Source: Sphyrna mokarran (taxonomy: Eukaryota). From it: 64,000 nt of DNA. Location of the stretch: assembly GCA_024679065.1 (NCBI GenBank), contig JAGIQG010000025.1, positions 26,536,001 through 26,600,000 of the forward strand, given 5' to 3'. Shown here piece by piece: positions 13,349 to 24,711 of the stretch. The notes below the pieces were generated by a model, which was not told the DNA's origin, ran no database searches, and saw only the letters and a list, made by a program, of their open reading frames with translations. Position 1 is the stretch's first letter; the number at the start of each line of letters is the position of its first letter. The position numbers were made by a program, and so were the translations under genes.

Positions 13349-13596
13349 TAGAATCACAGAATCCCTACAGTGCAGACGGAAGCCATGCAGCCCATTGAGT
13401 CTGCACTGACAACAATCCCACTCGGGTCCTATCCCTATAACCCATGTATTTACCCTGCTACCCTCCCGTACAGATAAAAGGGACAATTTACCATGGCCAA
13501 TCAACGTAAACTGTACATCTTTGGACTGTAGGAGGAAACCAGAGCACCTGGAGGAAACCCACGCAGACACAGGGAGAACGTGAAAACTCCACATAG
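13349..13596 (-). mobile_element. V-SINE, CR1/HER1-type tail (type 1), head missing
   Basis: Reverse V core plus tail ...CTGCACTGTAGGGATTCTGTGATTCTA. Confidence 0.85.
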
Positions 13597-13629
13597 TTGC
13601 TTGAGCAAGTAAAGATGCAGGTTTCCAAA

Positions 13630-13965
13630 TGGGTGAACAGTGACAAAGTGGTTAGCACTGCTGCTCACACTGCCAGAAAACCAAATTCAATTCCAGCTTT
13701 GGTTATCTGTCTGTATGGAGCTTGTACATTCTCCCCATGTCTGCATGAGTTTCCTCCAGGTGCTCCTGTTTCCTCCTACAGTCCAATGATGCGAGGTCAG
13801 GCAGATTGGCCATGCTAAATTGCTCTTTAGTATCCCAAGATGAGCAGGTTGGGGGGATTAGCAAAAATATGGGGGTTCAGCCTGGGCCTGATGCTGTGTT
13901 GGAGACTCGGTACTGATGCGATGGGCTGAGTGGCCTCCTTCACTGTAAGGGTGCTATGATCCCAC
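13630..13965 (+). mobile_element. V-SINE, tail type 1
   Basis: Head, V core and tail GATGGGCTGAGTGGCCTCCTTCACTGTAAGG. Confidence 0.85.
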
Positions 13966-14116
13966 AAATGGTTCAGACACCATTAAAATGTGTTTCACAA
14001 CATGGCACTGTCCATCAATATCTTTTCTCTAGCTAAAGCACTACTAATGATGTCTGAAATGGTTTGTGTTTCCTGTCCGTCCTGTTTATTATTGTTTCTG
14101 TTTGGCGATTGTGCAG

Positions 14117-14242
14117 GTAAATCTTGTCCTGGATGATGGGAAATCACTGGGCCTGATGATCAGAGGCGGTGCAGAGTACGCGTTAGGAATTTACATCACG
14201 GGAGTGGACCAGGGATCTGCAGCAGAAATCACAGGCCTGAAG
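14117..14242 (+). CDS. WHRN: Whirlin coding exon (equivalent to mammalian exon 3), N-terminal half of PDZ2
   Basis: 126 nt bounded by tgcag| and |gtatca, phase 0/0. Translates VNLVLDDGKSLGLMIRGGAEYALGIYITGVDQGSAAEITGLK, close to human whirlin PDZ2 as I recall it (VNLVLGDGRSLGLTIRGGAEYGLGIYITGVDPGSEAEGSGLK). Confidence 0.96.
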
Positions 14243-14594
14243 GTATCATTATTTTATGTGCTCGTTTGTTCAATGAGAGAATGCCGTTGTTGCGTATCAG
14301 CTTGTACAGACTCCTGTTGGATGTTTCAAATTAAACACCAGTAACCTTTTGCCCCCAAACAATATTAACTTTGCAATTTTTATGAGCGCAGTGTGCTGAA
14401 GGGTGTCACAATGGATGCAGGGACTTAGGCCCAGGCTGATGAGTTCCAACTTTATGGCCTCTTTGAAAAACAAATGATTGCTGGGAATTGTGCAAGAGAG
14501 GGCTTGCTGTGCTTATTGTCCATTTCTAATTCCATGAGAAGCTTTCAGACATCCTCCTTTAGCAATGTCTCAGGTTAAACAACTTCATTTTTTA

Positions 14595-14900
14595 AGTTAA
14601 GTTTGAGTTTATTTACTAGTGTCACAACTAGGTTTATGTTAACACCGTAATGAAGTTACTGTGAAAATTCCCTAGTTGCCATACCCCAGTGCCTGTTCGG
14701 GTACACTGTGGGAGAATTTAGTAGGGCCAATGCACCTAACCAGCACGTTTTTGGACTGTAGGAGGAAACCGGTGTATCCGGAGGAAACTGCTGCAGACAC
14801 GGGGAGAATACACAAAATCCACATAGTCAGTGACCCAAGCTGGAATCGAACCCAGGTCCATGCGTTGTGAGGCAGCAGTGCTAACCACTGTGCCACCATT
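14595..14900 (-). mobile_element. V-SINE, tail type 2
   Basis: Near-complete reverse complement of 12955-13246. Confidence 0.9.
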
Positions 14901-15157
14901 ATTATGAGTCAACCATATCATGTGGATGCTCATGTGAGCCACACGGTAGAGCTGATGACTTCCTCTCCAAAGGGACATTAATGATTTGGCTGTGTTTGCC
15001 TACAATACAGAAACCCAAAGAACAAATTTTTCCCTGGTGTCAGACTGCCAGATTTATTATAATTTTGCAGCTCAATCCTGTGGGATGTATGCTCCCAGTC
15101 TCTGGGTTACTAGTCTAGTATAACGAACACTACACAATTGTAACTGTCACATTCACA

Positions 15158-15350
15158 GAGTGGCACAGTGGCACTGCAGCCTCACAGTGCTGGGGATCCA
15201 GGTTCGATTCCAGCCTTGGGTGACTGTGTGGAATTTGCACGTTCTCCCCCTGTAACTATGGGCTTCTTCCGGGTGCTCGGGTTTCCTTCTCCGGTCCGAA
15301 GGTATACGGATTAGGTGGTTTGGCCGTGCCGAAATGTTTGTGGTTGTGTG
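15158..15350 (+). mobile_element. V-SINE, 3' truncated
   Basis: Head and V core, ending where the LTR-like block begins. Confidence 0.8.
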
Positions 15351-15352
15351 TT

Positions 15353-16100
15353 GTTATGGGGCAGGTTAGAAGTTCCAAAGTACTTTATGGAGAGCGCCTG
15401 AATCATGTTTCGCATCTTGAATTTGGCTAGGATAGGCATGATATGTTTCACTTCAGGTGTGATTCAACAACCCACTCAAATAACTTTGTTTGATAAAAGC
15501 TTCTAAGAATATAGTTAACATGTGTAGAAAAAAAGATTAGCAATATGTTTTATCAATTACAAACAAGAAAACAGAAAAAAAACACAATAATGTATTAACC
15601 CTTAATTAAATATTAAAGCTGTTCCAACAAATCAAAACCTTTCATAGACAAAATCTTTTTCCAGGCTTAACACAGCACAGGTTAAAATCTCATTTGAATG
15701 GAATTGAGTCTTTTTGAAGCCTATATTTTCCTTCTAGTAGGCAAAATGCTGCCTTGAGATAACTAGCAGACTTTCCAAATAGAATAGGGGGAGAGAGAGA
15801 GAGAGTTCGGCTTCTTTCTTGCTTGATGCCCCTGCTATAACTAAAAACTAAACTGCAGCTTCAGAACTCTCAAAACTGAAACCTTAAACTCACTGGAAAG
15901 AAAAAGACCTGTCCAAAAGTACATCCTCTTAGCAATGCAGGATTGTAAAACTAATCCCAGAGTAAAAGCAAACAGCCCCATTTAAACTATTCAAGTAGCA
16001 ATAAAAGGACTCATCGTAGTCAGCCTGGCAACACTGACATCACTGAAGCTGCGAGTGTAGAAATTATGTTTTAAAATAAACCTTTTCTTTAAGAGATACT
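15353..16100 (-). mobile_element. LTR-like repeat
   Basis: Reverse complement ends ...CCCCATAACA. Its terminal ~150 bp resembles 18680-18807 (...CCTAACA) and 19770-19917 (...CCTTAACA). Confidence 0.5.
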
Positions 16101-16149
16101 AATATCGTAATGTGACTGTTAGTACACAGAGGGAAAGCATTATGTGAAC

Positions 16150-17050
16150 AAGAAGTGTTAGAAAGACACCGGTGAGTTATGCAACATAATGATCTTTGCA
16201 GATATGTGTGAAGTAGCTTCATATTGCAATCTGAAAATGAATCCTTCACAAACAAGATTGGCGCTTCCTGATGATGCAATATTCATCCTGCGAGGATGTA
16301 TTAGTCTGACAGCTCGATGTGGTGGCAAGAAGAAAAATTTACAATTGAAAGTCATACGACACAACAACAACTCATTTCAGCAGAGGCAAGCCTAAAGTTT
16401 GGCTGGTAGATCTCAATATGTCAACAGAGTAAGGGCAGAGAAAGGCCCCAGAGAGAAGAAATCAAAAAACTCCAGAGAGAGAGACGGACAGAAGACCCCA
16501 GAGAGAGGGAAATAATGTTCAGATCAACTGCCAGATTGTCACCCATTCCAGTGCACAAGTCAATAGTAAATGTTCGACAGGCGTTGGAGGAATTGAAGGG
16601 CAAGATTCCAGTTGAGTCTATACCTTTGAAAATGCATGATAAACTAAAATTTTCAATGAACCAAGATCTTCGAGATCTAACCAAACAAATTTCAGGGACA
16701 ACACAAAGATACCAAGTAGAAAGAACAGCCAATAATTCCACAGCTGACAACTCAAAGTGGGGGTTGAAAAATCTCAACCAGATATATAGATGCAACCATA
16801 GGCAGATGTGCCCAAATCACGAAGCTACTCCTTCACAGCAATCAGGTGGTCTTGGAGAAGGATCCCACTAACTATACTGAGTATGGAAACCCAGATCCAT
16901 GAGGCCCCAACAACAAGCCCAAGGGAACAACACTCTCTGGACAGGAATTATCACTCAGATAGACAGCCAATTTCAGCATGCACATGGATGATTAAGAGAC
17001 ATGCACAATGTAAAGACTATAACTGGGATTGTCTAGCTGCCCTCACCCCA
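16150..17050 (+). mobile_element. Heavily deleted Gypsy-like pol remnant
   Basis: KDTGELCNIM at 16162-16191 resembles an aspartyl protease DTG motif. PVHK..VNVRQALEELKG and DLRDLTKQI resemble the RT N-terminus (D.R.LNK.I). Confidence 0.45.
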
Positions 17051-17864
17051 AACTGGAAAATCCTGCCCGCGGTTAATGGACCTTTACATGGTCCATACCC
17101 CTGCCTGCTACTATTCCCTTGGTAGGTGGGACAGGAAAATTCCTCTTTACATGCGCATTAACTGATTAGTAGAGCAAATGCTGTTAACGTATAAGAAGAA
17201 TGGATATATAATTGGAAACATGGTAACACACAGTCGCACAGGACCTGTTCGCTCGAAAAGGAAATGTTTGTATCTTTAGTTCAATATGAAGAAAAGGATG
17301 TTTGGGTTTTAAAATATAAGTAGTCTGTTTAATGCTGCAAGCTTTCTATAGTCACGTGACTATGCTTTGAATCTGCCTCTGGAGGAGAGCATCATTAGAT
17401 CGGTTCAATAAAAGCCTCTCACAGAAACATACTGAAGAATTTATACTTACAATATCAACCATTACCCTTAGCTTCCTGTCACTGGATCCAATTTGCCACT
17501 TTCCCTTGGATTTTTGCTTTTCTGACCAGTCTACTACGTGGGACCTTGACAAAAGCTAACATGCATGCAGACTATATCAAAAGTCCTATCCACCCCCTCA
17601 AAGCACTTAATCATGTTAGATCTTCCTTTCAAAAAAATCCATGCCAACTAGCCTTGATTAATCTGAGTTAATAAAGGAATACTGTTCCTCAGAATTATTT
17701 TCCTATAATTCACCCAACAGATAAGGCTGACTAGCCTGTAATTATTCTATCTCCCTCTTTCTTTTTAAACAAATGATACAATGTTAGCAGTTCTCCAGTC
17801 CAACATTCCTGTTGCCGGAGAGGATTGGAAAATGATCTTCTCCCACATTCCCTTGATTTCTTTT

Positions 17865-18152
17865 TAGTTTAAAGTATAACATTTTATTTATTAGTGTCAC
17901 AGTTAGGCTTACATTAACATTGCAATGAAGTTACTGTGAAAATTGTCTAATATCCACTCTTCGGCACCTGTTCGGCTACACTGAGGGAGAATTTAGCATG
18001 GCCAATGCACCTAACCAGCATACCTTTCAGACTGTGGGAGGAAACTGGAGCACCCAGAGGAAACCCATGCAGTGTTTCCCTAAGCCGGGAATCGAACCCA
18101 GGTTCCTGGCGCTGTGAAGCAGCAATGCTAACCACTGTGCCAATGTGCCACC
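17865..18152 (-). mobile_element. V-SINE, tail type 2
   Basis: Reverse head, core and tail. Confidence 0.88.
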
Positions 18153-18381
18153 TATTTAACAGCCTGGGATATATTTTTTACAGGTCTGGTGCTTTATCCA
18201 TTCCAAAGCTATTTAACCCCTTAATATTTCTTGTCTTACAATGCTTACTCAATCCAGTATTTCATACTTCTCTCTGACTACAGTGAATGCATTGTGCCCT
18301 GCATCCATGAAGGCAAATCATTCATTAAAAACCATACTCACATCTTTTAGCCCTGTGCTATCCTCCTGGTCTCTCTGTATT

Positions 18382-18588
18382 TGGGGCAGCATGATGACAC
18401 AGTGGTTAGCACAACTGCCTCATAGCACCCAGGACCTGGATTCAATTCCGACCTTGGTTGACTGTCTGCATTAAGTTTATATGTTCTCCCAGTGTCTGCA
18501 TGGGTTTCCTCCGAGTGCTCCAGTTTCCTCCTCACAGTCCAAAGATGTGCAGATTAGGTGGATTGGTCATGCTAAATTGCTCCTAAAT
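18382..18588 (+). mobile_element. V-SINE, tail missing
   Basis: Head and V core present. Confidence 0.85.
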
Positions 18589-18594
18589 TACAGT

Positions 18595-19917
18595 TAAAAA
18601 TTGTATCTCATCATGTTTAATCATTGTTCAAATGTTAAGCTAATTCAGTTGTTATAGTTAAACTGTGTTGTTAGATCAAGTTTGTTTTGACAGAAAGCTT
18701 CCCAGTTTGAAGTAGAATCTTGCCTGGAATGAAACATCATATGCCAAAATAGCAAAATAGTCCAGCCACATAATATACCTTGGGTTTTTTGATCCATATC
18801 CTAACAAAGGGAACAGTTTTAAAGTTCAGTTTTGTTTCTATAGATATCATTATGTCTGGATGGAATGCAGCTCAGATGCTGGGAAAGCAGGATAATTATT
18901 CATTTTATCCATGTATTGTTTACTTAGAAGAGAGCTAATAGACTTTAGTTCACAAAAAGTAAAGGTCCTCTGGAGTTTTTAATTAAACGGATCAAAGGTG
19001 GGTTTGGATAGGCAGAGTATTTTGATAATGTGGTTAATAGAAGGAGCTAGGTATATAGCAGAGTGAAAAGAGATTTTAAGTTCTGTCTGAGGCTTGTTTG
19101 AAGACAGAGGTCTGCAAGTTGTTCTTTTCACCAAGTCTCTCTGAAAGCCTTGAATCTGTGTACAGTCTTTATACCAAGTATATCTATGGATGCTGACTGT
19201 ATTCAAAGTGGTTTTTGAGCCTGTAAAAAGAATGTTGCTTATTTGGAACTGAAAGACTGATTGTGAGAAATTAGAATTGTTTCTTTTCATGTTAAATATT
19301 GTTCAATGGGTAATAGTTAAGTTATTTTGTTTGTTAGTGTTATAGTTAAACTGAGTTATTCAATAAAATTTGTTTTGCAAAGATCAAAAGAAGTACAACA
19401 CAAGAATAGGACTTTTGGCCCTCCAAATCCATGTGATCATAATGCCTATGTGAACTAAAAAAAATTCTACCCTTAATTGGCCCCTATACCTTTATTCCCT
19501 CCCTATTCACGTAGCCACCCAAGGTACCTTTTAAATGTTGCTAATATGTCTGCTTCCACCACTTCCTCTGGTAGTGCCTTCCAGGCACCAGGAAACATTT
19601 CTCCTGCACATCTCCCTTAAACTTTCTCCCTCGCACTTTGAACCTGTGCCCTCGCACTTTGAACCTGTGCCCTTTTGTAATTGACACCTCCACCCTGGGA
19701 AGAAGTTTCTGACTATCCATATCGTGTCTATGCCCCTCATAATTTTGTAGACCTCTGTCAGGTCCAATGTTTACTATGGAAGATCCACACTTTGTCAGCG
19801 GAATTAATCCTGGAGTGAAGTATTCTACCCTCACTTCTATGCCGACATAGGAAAACGTTTGAAGTCTAGTCAGGCTTCTTAATATAAATTGGAGGTTGTC
19901 TTCCAGAGCCTTAACAA
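18595..19917 (+). mobile_element. Two LTR-like fragments, the second interrupted by a CR1 3' fragment (about 19385-19765, minus)
   Basis: Similar blocks GTTATAGTTAAACTG...TTTGTTTTG at about 18650 and 19320, each ending in TAACA. The CR1 piece encodes DLTEVYKIMRG...GHRFKVRG. Confidence 0.5.
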
Positions 19918-20179
19918 TTAGCATGAGGAAATTGAGCCAACTGCATCATAATGCATCACCCTATTAACCAGTCACGGTGACATATGATAGTTATTCAAAT
20001 TTTTTCGCTAGTGGGGAGACTGGTCCATCGATGGTTAATCTAACCTGGTGTTGTGAGACGATTTACTATCGATAGTGAATATCAAGGAATTGTTGGAGAT
20101 CGTACACAACTGTCCAGTGTGCGTTACCTCCGGTGAAGTTTCTCAACTGGCAGCATGAACATGGATAATCCAAAATCAA

Positions 20180-20300
20180 GATCTGAAATAGAAACAGAAA
20201 ATGTTGGAAGCACTCGGCAGGTCTGCCAGCATCTGTGAAGAGAGAACAAAGAGTTATCCAACAGATACTGCTGCACCTGCTGAGCATTTCCAGTATCGAT
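20180..20300. mobile_element. Penelope-derived inverted-repeat mini-element
   Basis: TGTTGGAAGCACTCGGCAGGTCTGCCAGCATCTGT is inverted against ACAGATACTGCTGCACCTGCTGAGCATTTCCAGTA. Related pieces at about 10880-10990, 29615-29745, 57030-57155 and 61548-61635. Confidence 0.55.
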
Positions 20301-21569
20301 TTAATCTACAAGCTTCCTTTGAATTTTCGCTCTCGAGCAAAAAAAAACAAGGTTTTCCAGAGGCTTTTGATGAAGACAATCCCGCTTTAAAAAGATTAAT
20401 GAACCCAGCCTACCTTATTTGAATTTTCCTGTGAACAAAAGCTCCCAATAAAACAGATACTCATCACTGTTTAATTTACAGCCCCACTCCATCGCACTTT
20501 TGGGATTTGTTCTCCTGGAAGAGTCCATTTAAGCTATTTATTGGCATTGTAAAAAAACAAGTGAAATGGTGTGTTTTTTGTCATCACTTTGTGTCTGCCA
20601 CAATACAAAATAAAATTGCAATGCTATTAACCATTTGATTCATGGTTTGATTAACAGTTTGCAATCATCTCCATTTTAGACTTAATTAAAATGACAGTGA
20701 AGCCAGTATCAGGTTGAGCAGACATTTTATATTGTCTTAGCACTGCCCACTGTCTGGGACTGAGCGACTACTCCTCTATATTATTTATAATGCAGTATTG
20801 GTGATTTGCTGATGGTGTGTGCAGAATGTGTTCAAACTGCAACATGCCCAAAGCAACGGCAAACCAAGCCACACTTGAGACGGTTTACCAAACCTATTCG
20901 AACAAGTAGGCTTCAGCTGTCTGCTGCCCAGTGAGGGATAGATCAAACTGTAGCAAAGACATTGTAATGATCTCAAGAATACACTGGGAACTTGCCTGAG
21001 GGGGGAATCATTTGGTTGTTGCTAAGTTACGTTGATGCTGAGGAAGATGCTTATCTGGATAATGCGCCTCTGCTTTCCTGAAGGACAAATTTAACTGCGT
21101 GGTTGATATGGAATTGATACTTTTCTGTCTATAATGCCACCATAATACTCTAGATCCCTGTTGCAAGGGGAAAGGTATTACACAGCATGGTCTATAAAGG
21201 GGAGCCAAGGTACACTTCACACAGAGGTCAATGACAACGCAACACGTCTGTGCTTAAACGCGTGATCACACATTGTTCTCTGCAGGTTAATTTTTAAGAT
21301 TAGAGAGAGCTGGTAGGATTTTGACTCATTCCCAATGTTATAAATGATTCAGTACTAAGTTTACACAATGTGTTGCCTGGACTTTTTGTGGATATTGTTT
21401 TCAATTCCATTGCCCAGTGTGAAAAACAAGGCAAGGTCACCTCCCAAAGAACATGTTCAAGAATTAGATTGTCTCTAAGTTAGACCAATAGGCTTGTATT
21501 GAAGTATGTTGCAAAGTGTGTTTCATTACTACATTTAGCATCAGCTAGATCCAAATTTAAGTCATTATA

Positions 21570-21900
21570 GTGAAGTCATTGTAGTCCCAGATGACCATAA
21601 GTTGTTCTTTTCTCTTTGAGAAGTATTGCAACACCAGATTAAAGTCCAGCAGGTTTATTTGGACTTTAACTTGGTGTTGTGAGGCTTCTTACTGTGCCCA
21701 CCCAAACGCCAGCATCTCCACATCATGGCTTTCTCCTCAAAGAGGGAAAGCTGACCTGAGGGTTTGCACACCTCAGACAAGGGGCAAAAATGAGAAGGCA
21801 GGGCCTTCGTTGGATAACTTCAGCCAGCAGTGGAAGTGAATCTGCGCTGTTTTCTTCCATCTATATCACAAGCTAGCCGTTAAGCCAACTGAGTTATACC
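21570..21900 (-). mobile_element. Third tRNA-headed SINE family with a Penelope-derived hairpin inserted at about 21627-21730
   Basis: Minus head GGTATAACTCAGTTGGCTTAACGGCTAG; tail ...TATGGTCATCTGGGACTACAATGACTTCA. Confidence 0.55.
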
Positions 21901-22492
21901 AAACTGCCAGGGCTCATGCAAAGAGCTGGTTAGCTTTTTTAATACTCTGTCTGCCTTTTTTCAACAGGATTGTTTTCTATCCAAATTGCCATCTTTCATC
22001 AGCAAAACGAGAGATTAAATATGTATCAGATCATCTTAACTGTTTGCAAAGATGCTGATGCTTGCTGCAGTTGTGAGCACACAACCCTTTGATGCACATA
22101 TAGAAGTGTTCTGGTAGTTACCACGGTTACTGCGCTTGCAGCAGTGCTACAGATCTATAAAGAACAGACCGGCCAGATTATTTAGCTCATTTGTGCAAAG
22201 CTTGTACCAGAGCACTTGGCACAGTTAGTACTGCGACAGAACTAATGCTTGACTTTTCTCTCACAAGACAACACAAATTTGCTAGGCATATTTTCATGAG
22301 AGCCCTTTTATGGAGAGAAAAGCGGAAATGATTGAATTTTAACCACGTAATTGCAGCCCCATCTTTCTGATTCTCTGCACCCCAACTGCCACTGTCCAAA
22401 CCAACTGTAGAGATTCAAGGTTTGTACCAAGTTTGACTGTAAATAAATCTTTTGCATGATTTCAGCTGTTCGGAGCATGTTATATTGGCTCC

Positions 22493-22870
22493 AATTCTCT
22501 GACTTCGCATGTGGCTGAGATTCTACAGTCCCACTGTGCAATGAATGGACTTCTGTAATTCTCTGACCTTGCATGTGCCATAGATTCTCCAGTCCTCCTG
22601 CAATGAAAAGAGTTCTGTAATTCTCCTACCTCGCATGTGGCTAAGGTTCTCCAGCCTCACTGCAATGAATGGAGTTGAATTCTCTGACCATCCATGTGCC
22701 TTAGATTCTCCAGTCCTCCTGTAATGAATAGAATTCTGTAATTCTCCTACTTTGCATGTGGCTGAGATTCTCCAGTCTGCTGCAGTGAATGGAGTTCTAT
22801 AATTCTCTTACTTGCCACGACTGAGATTCTCCAGTCCCGCTGCAATGAATGGGGCACCAAATTTTCCATT
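22493..22870 (+). repeat. Minisatellite, six units of about 60-64 bp
   Basis: Units begin AATTCTC at 22493, 22557, 22619, 22678, 22740 and 22801. Consensus AATTCTCYKACYTYGCATGTGSCTRAGATTCTCCAGTCC..CTGCAATGAATGGAGTTCTGT. Confidence 0.9.
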
Positions 22871-23711
22871 CGTACTGGCAATGTCGGCAGGAGTCTAAGA
22901 TTAGAGGATTCGGACCGTTGTTATATTATTTAAGACAAATTAAGAACTCTTATCATGTGGATGTAGAATACACGTATTTCCCAGATGAGATATCACTCAT
23001 ACTGCTCTGCAGTCTGTGTACTGAGCTAACAATATATCGTACCATAATCCAGATGGGAGCGTTGCAAGATTATCTCAAACATCAGTCGATGTTGTTCACG
23101 AGTTGCACCATAGTTCAGTTAATGTTGTTGTATTTCTCATGGTTTGATGTGAAAGTGGTGTACCTTCGTGGTGAAGCCACTGACCAGCCATGTCTGGAAA
23201 CATTGAGCAGAGCTGACCTGGATTTTATGGTGCCAACTGCCTTTAGCACGTCTGCATTTATTTGCTTGTCAATACTGTGCAATAAAATGTGGATGTACTA
23301 AATGCCAGCATTGAAAAATCAATCTCCCATCAGCTGGAGTTCTGAGTAAGAAGCTAGTGAATTGATAAAGCTGGAAAGCAAGCTTTGATTTTCTTTTTGT
23401 TGTGTTATCTCCTGTCCCTGTTTCATTTTGTATTTTCTTTCCGTGCCTTCCGCCCCTCCCCTGCACCAGATCTCATCTCCCCAGAAACAAACCATGACTG
23501 GAGCTACGCCAGTGTCCCTCCTTCAGCCAAGATCAGCCACATACCTCCCCTCCCATTGGCACACTGCCTGAATACCTCCCTCAGCCAGCTGGTCAAGACT
23601 AAAATCACAGCAGTAAAATCCATTGCAGAACATTGACAGTTAGTGGGCGGGTGACATTTACCAGCCTATGTTTATATCATTCTTAAAATTGTACACCTAT
23701 GTATAACACTA

Positions 23712-24006
23712 AATCATAGAATCTTATCATGGAGAAAGAGCCCATTCAGCCCATCGGGTGAGCACCGACAACAATCCCACCCTGGTACTATCCCTGTGTA
23801 TTTACCCTGCCAGTCCCCCTAACACTAAGGGCTGATTAACCACGGCCAATCTATCTAACCTGCCCATCTTTGAAGTATGGGAGGATACCCATGCAGACGT
23901 AGAGAGAGCCTGTAAACTCCTCACAGGCAGTTACCTGAGCCTGGAATTGAACTCGGATCCTTGGTGCTGTGAGGCAGCAATGCCAACCACTGTACCAACG
24001 TGCCCA
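23712..24006 (-). mobile_element. V-SINE, tail type 1
   Basis: Reverse head, core and CR1-type tail. Confidence 0.8.
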
Positions 24007-24458
24007 CAGAATGGTACATCACTGAGACAGCTCATTTGGCCTCTCAACCAGCTATTTGAGAGCATTAGTCCCACAATCCCTCTGTCTTTTTATCTAAAGT
24101 CCTACATATTTATCCCCTTCAGGTATTTATCCAATATCTTATCAGTGGTTCTCGCTCAAACTGCTTCCAAAACTAAATTGATGCTGCTGTCAAGTTAAAA
24201 AGACCTTCTGCCTATCGCACAATGTGGTGCGTGAGTTTCAGCGCTGGTGTGATGCTAGCTGTGTAAGCTGTATGTCCCAGAGACTGGTGGGTGGATTGTA
24301 TCAAACAGCACGGGCCTCCCGCTGTTTGCAACGGGCAAGGTACAGACTGTATCCAAACAGCTCATTCTTATTAAACTCAAAACAGAGTGGAATTTTCCCA
24401 CATTTATCAAAAGGTCTGGCTCCAACTGTAAACCAGGGTGCTCCTGTCCAACTGCACA

Positions 24459-24711
24459 GAACAAAGAACAAAGAACAACACAGCACGGGAAACAGGCCCT
24501 TCGGCCCAACGAGCCCACGCCGCCATCCTAACGTCTTAATGACATATAGAGACCAATATAGGGACAATTTGTTACCCAATCAGCCTAAGAGCACATTTTT
24601 GGGATGTGGGAGGAAACCGGAGCACCCGGAGAAAACCCACGCAACCATGGGGAGAACGCGCAAACTCCCGCAGACACAGGCCCAAATCCATGTGTCTGCA
24701 CAGCAACAGCG
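24459..24711 (-). mobile_element. V-SINE body with CR1-type tail ending (GTTCTTT)n; start of head displaced to 25735-25753
   Basis: CpG-rich V core GGGAGTTTGCGCGTTCTCCCC...CTCCGGTTTCCTCCCACATCC; tail GGGCCGAAGGGCCTGTTTCCCGTGCTGTG. Confidence 0.85.

Noticed and set aside
1-14100. Upstream WHRN exon (PDZ1 end and linker)
   Set aside because: I found no matching peptide by eye; it presumably lies upstream of the window.
19628-19669. Perfect 21-bp tandem duplication (and a 19-bp near-tandem duplication at about 58808-58846)
   Set aside because: Ordinary slippage-type duplications inside TE debris.
21270-21292. Intronic YAG|GT motifs (also at about 30270-30292) as recursive splice sites
   Set aside because: The donors GTTAAT and GTAGTT are weak, and such motifs are expected by chance in 20 kb.
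22493-22870. CRISPR-like appearance of the regular repeat
   Set aside because: No unique spacers, eukaryotic context and no cas genes; it is a tandem repeat.
22849-23301. 150-aa ORF, or an alternative terminal exon (ttcccag|ATG at 22985, AATAAA at 23281)
   Set aside because: It starts inside the minisatellite, has no recognisable domain and a weak pyrimidine tract. It cannot be supported without transcripts.
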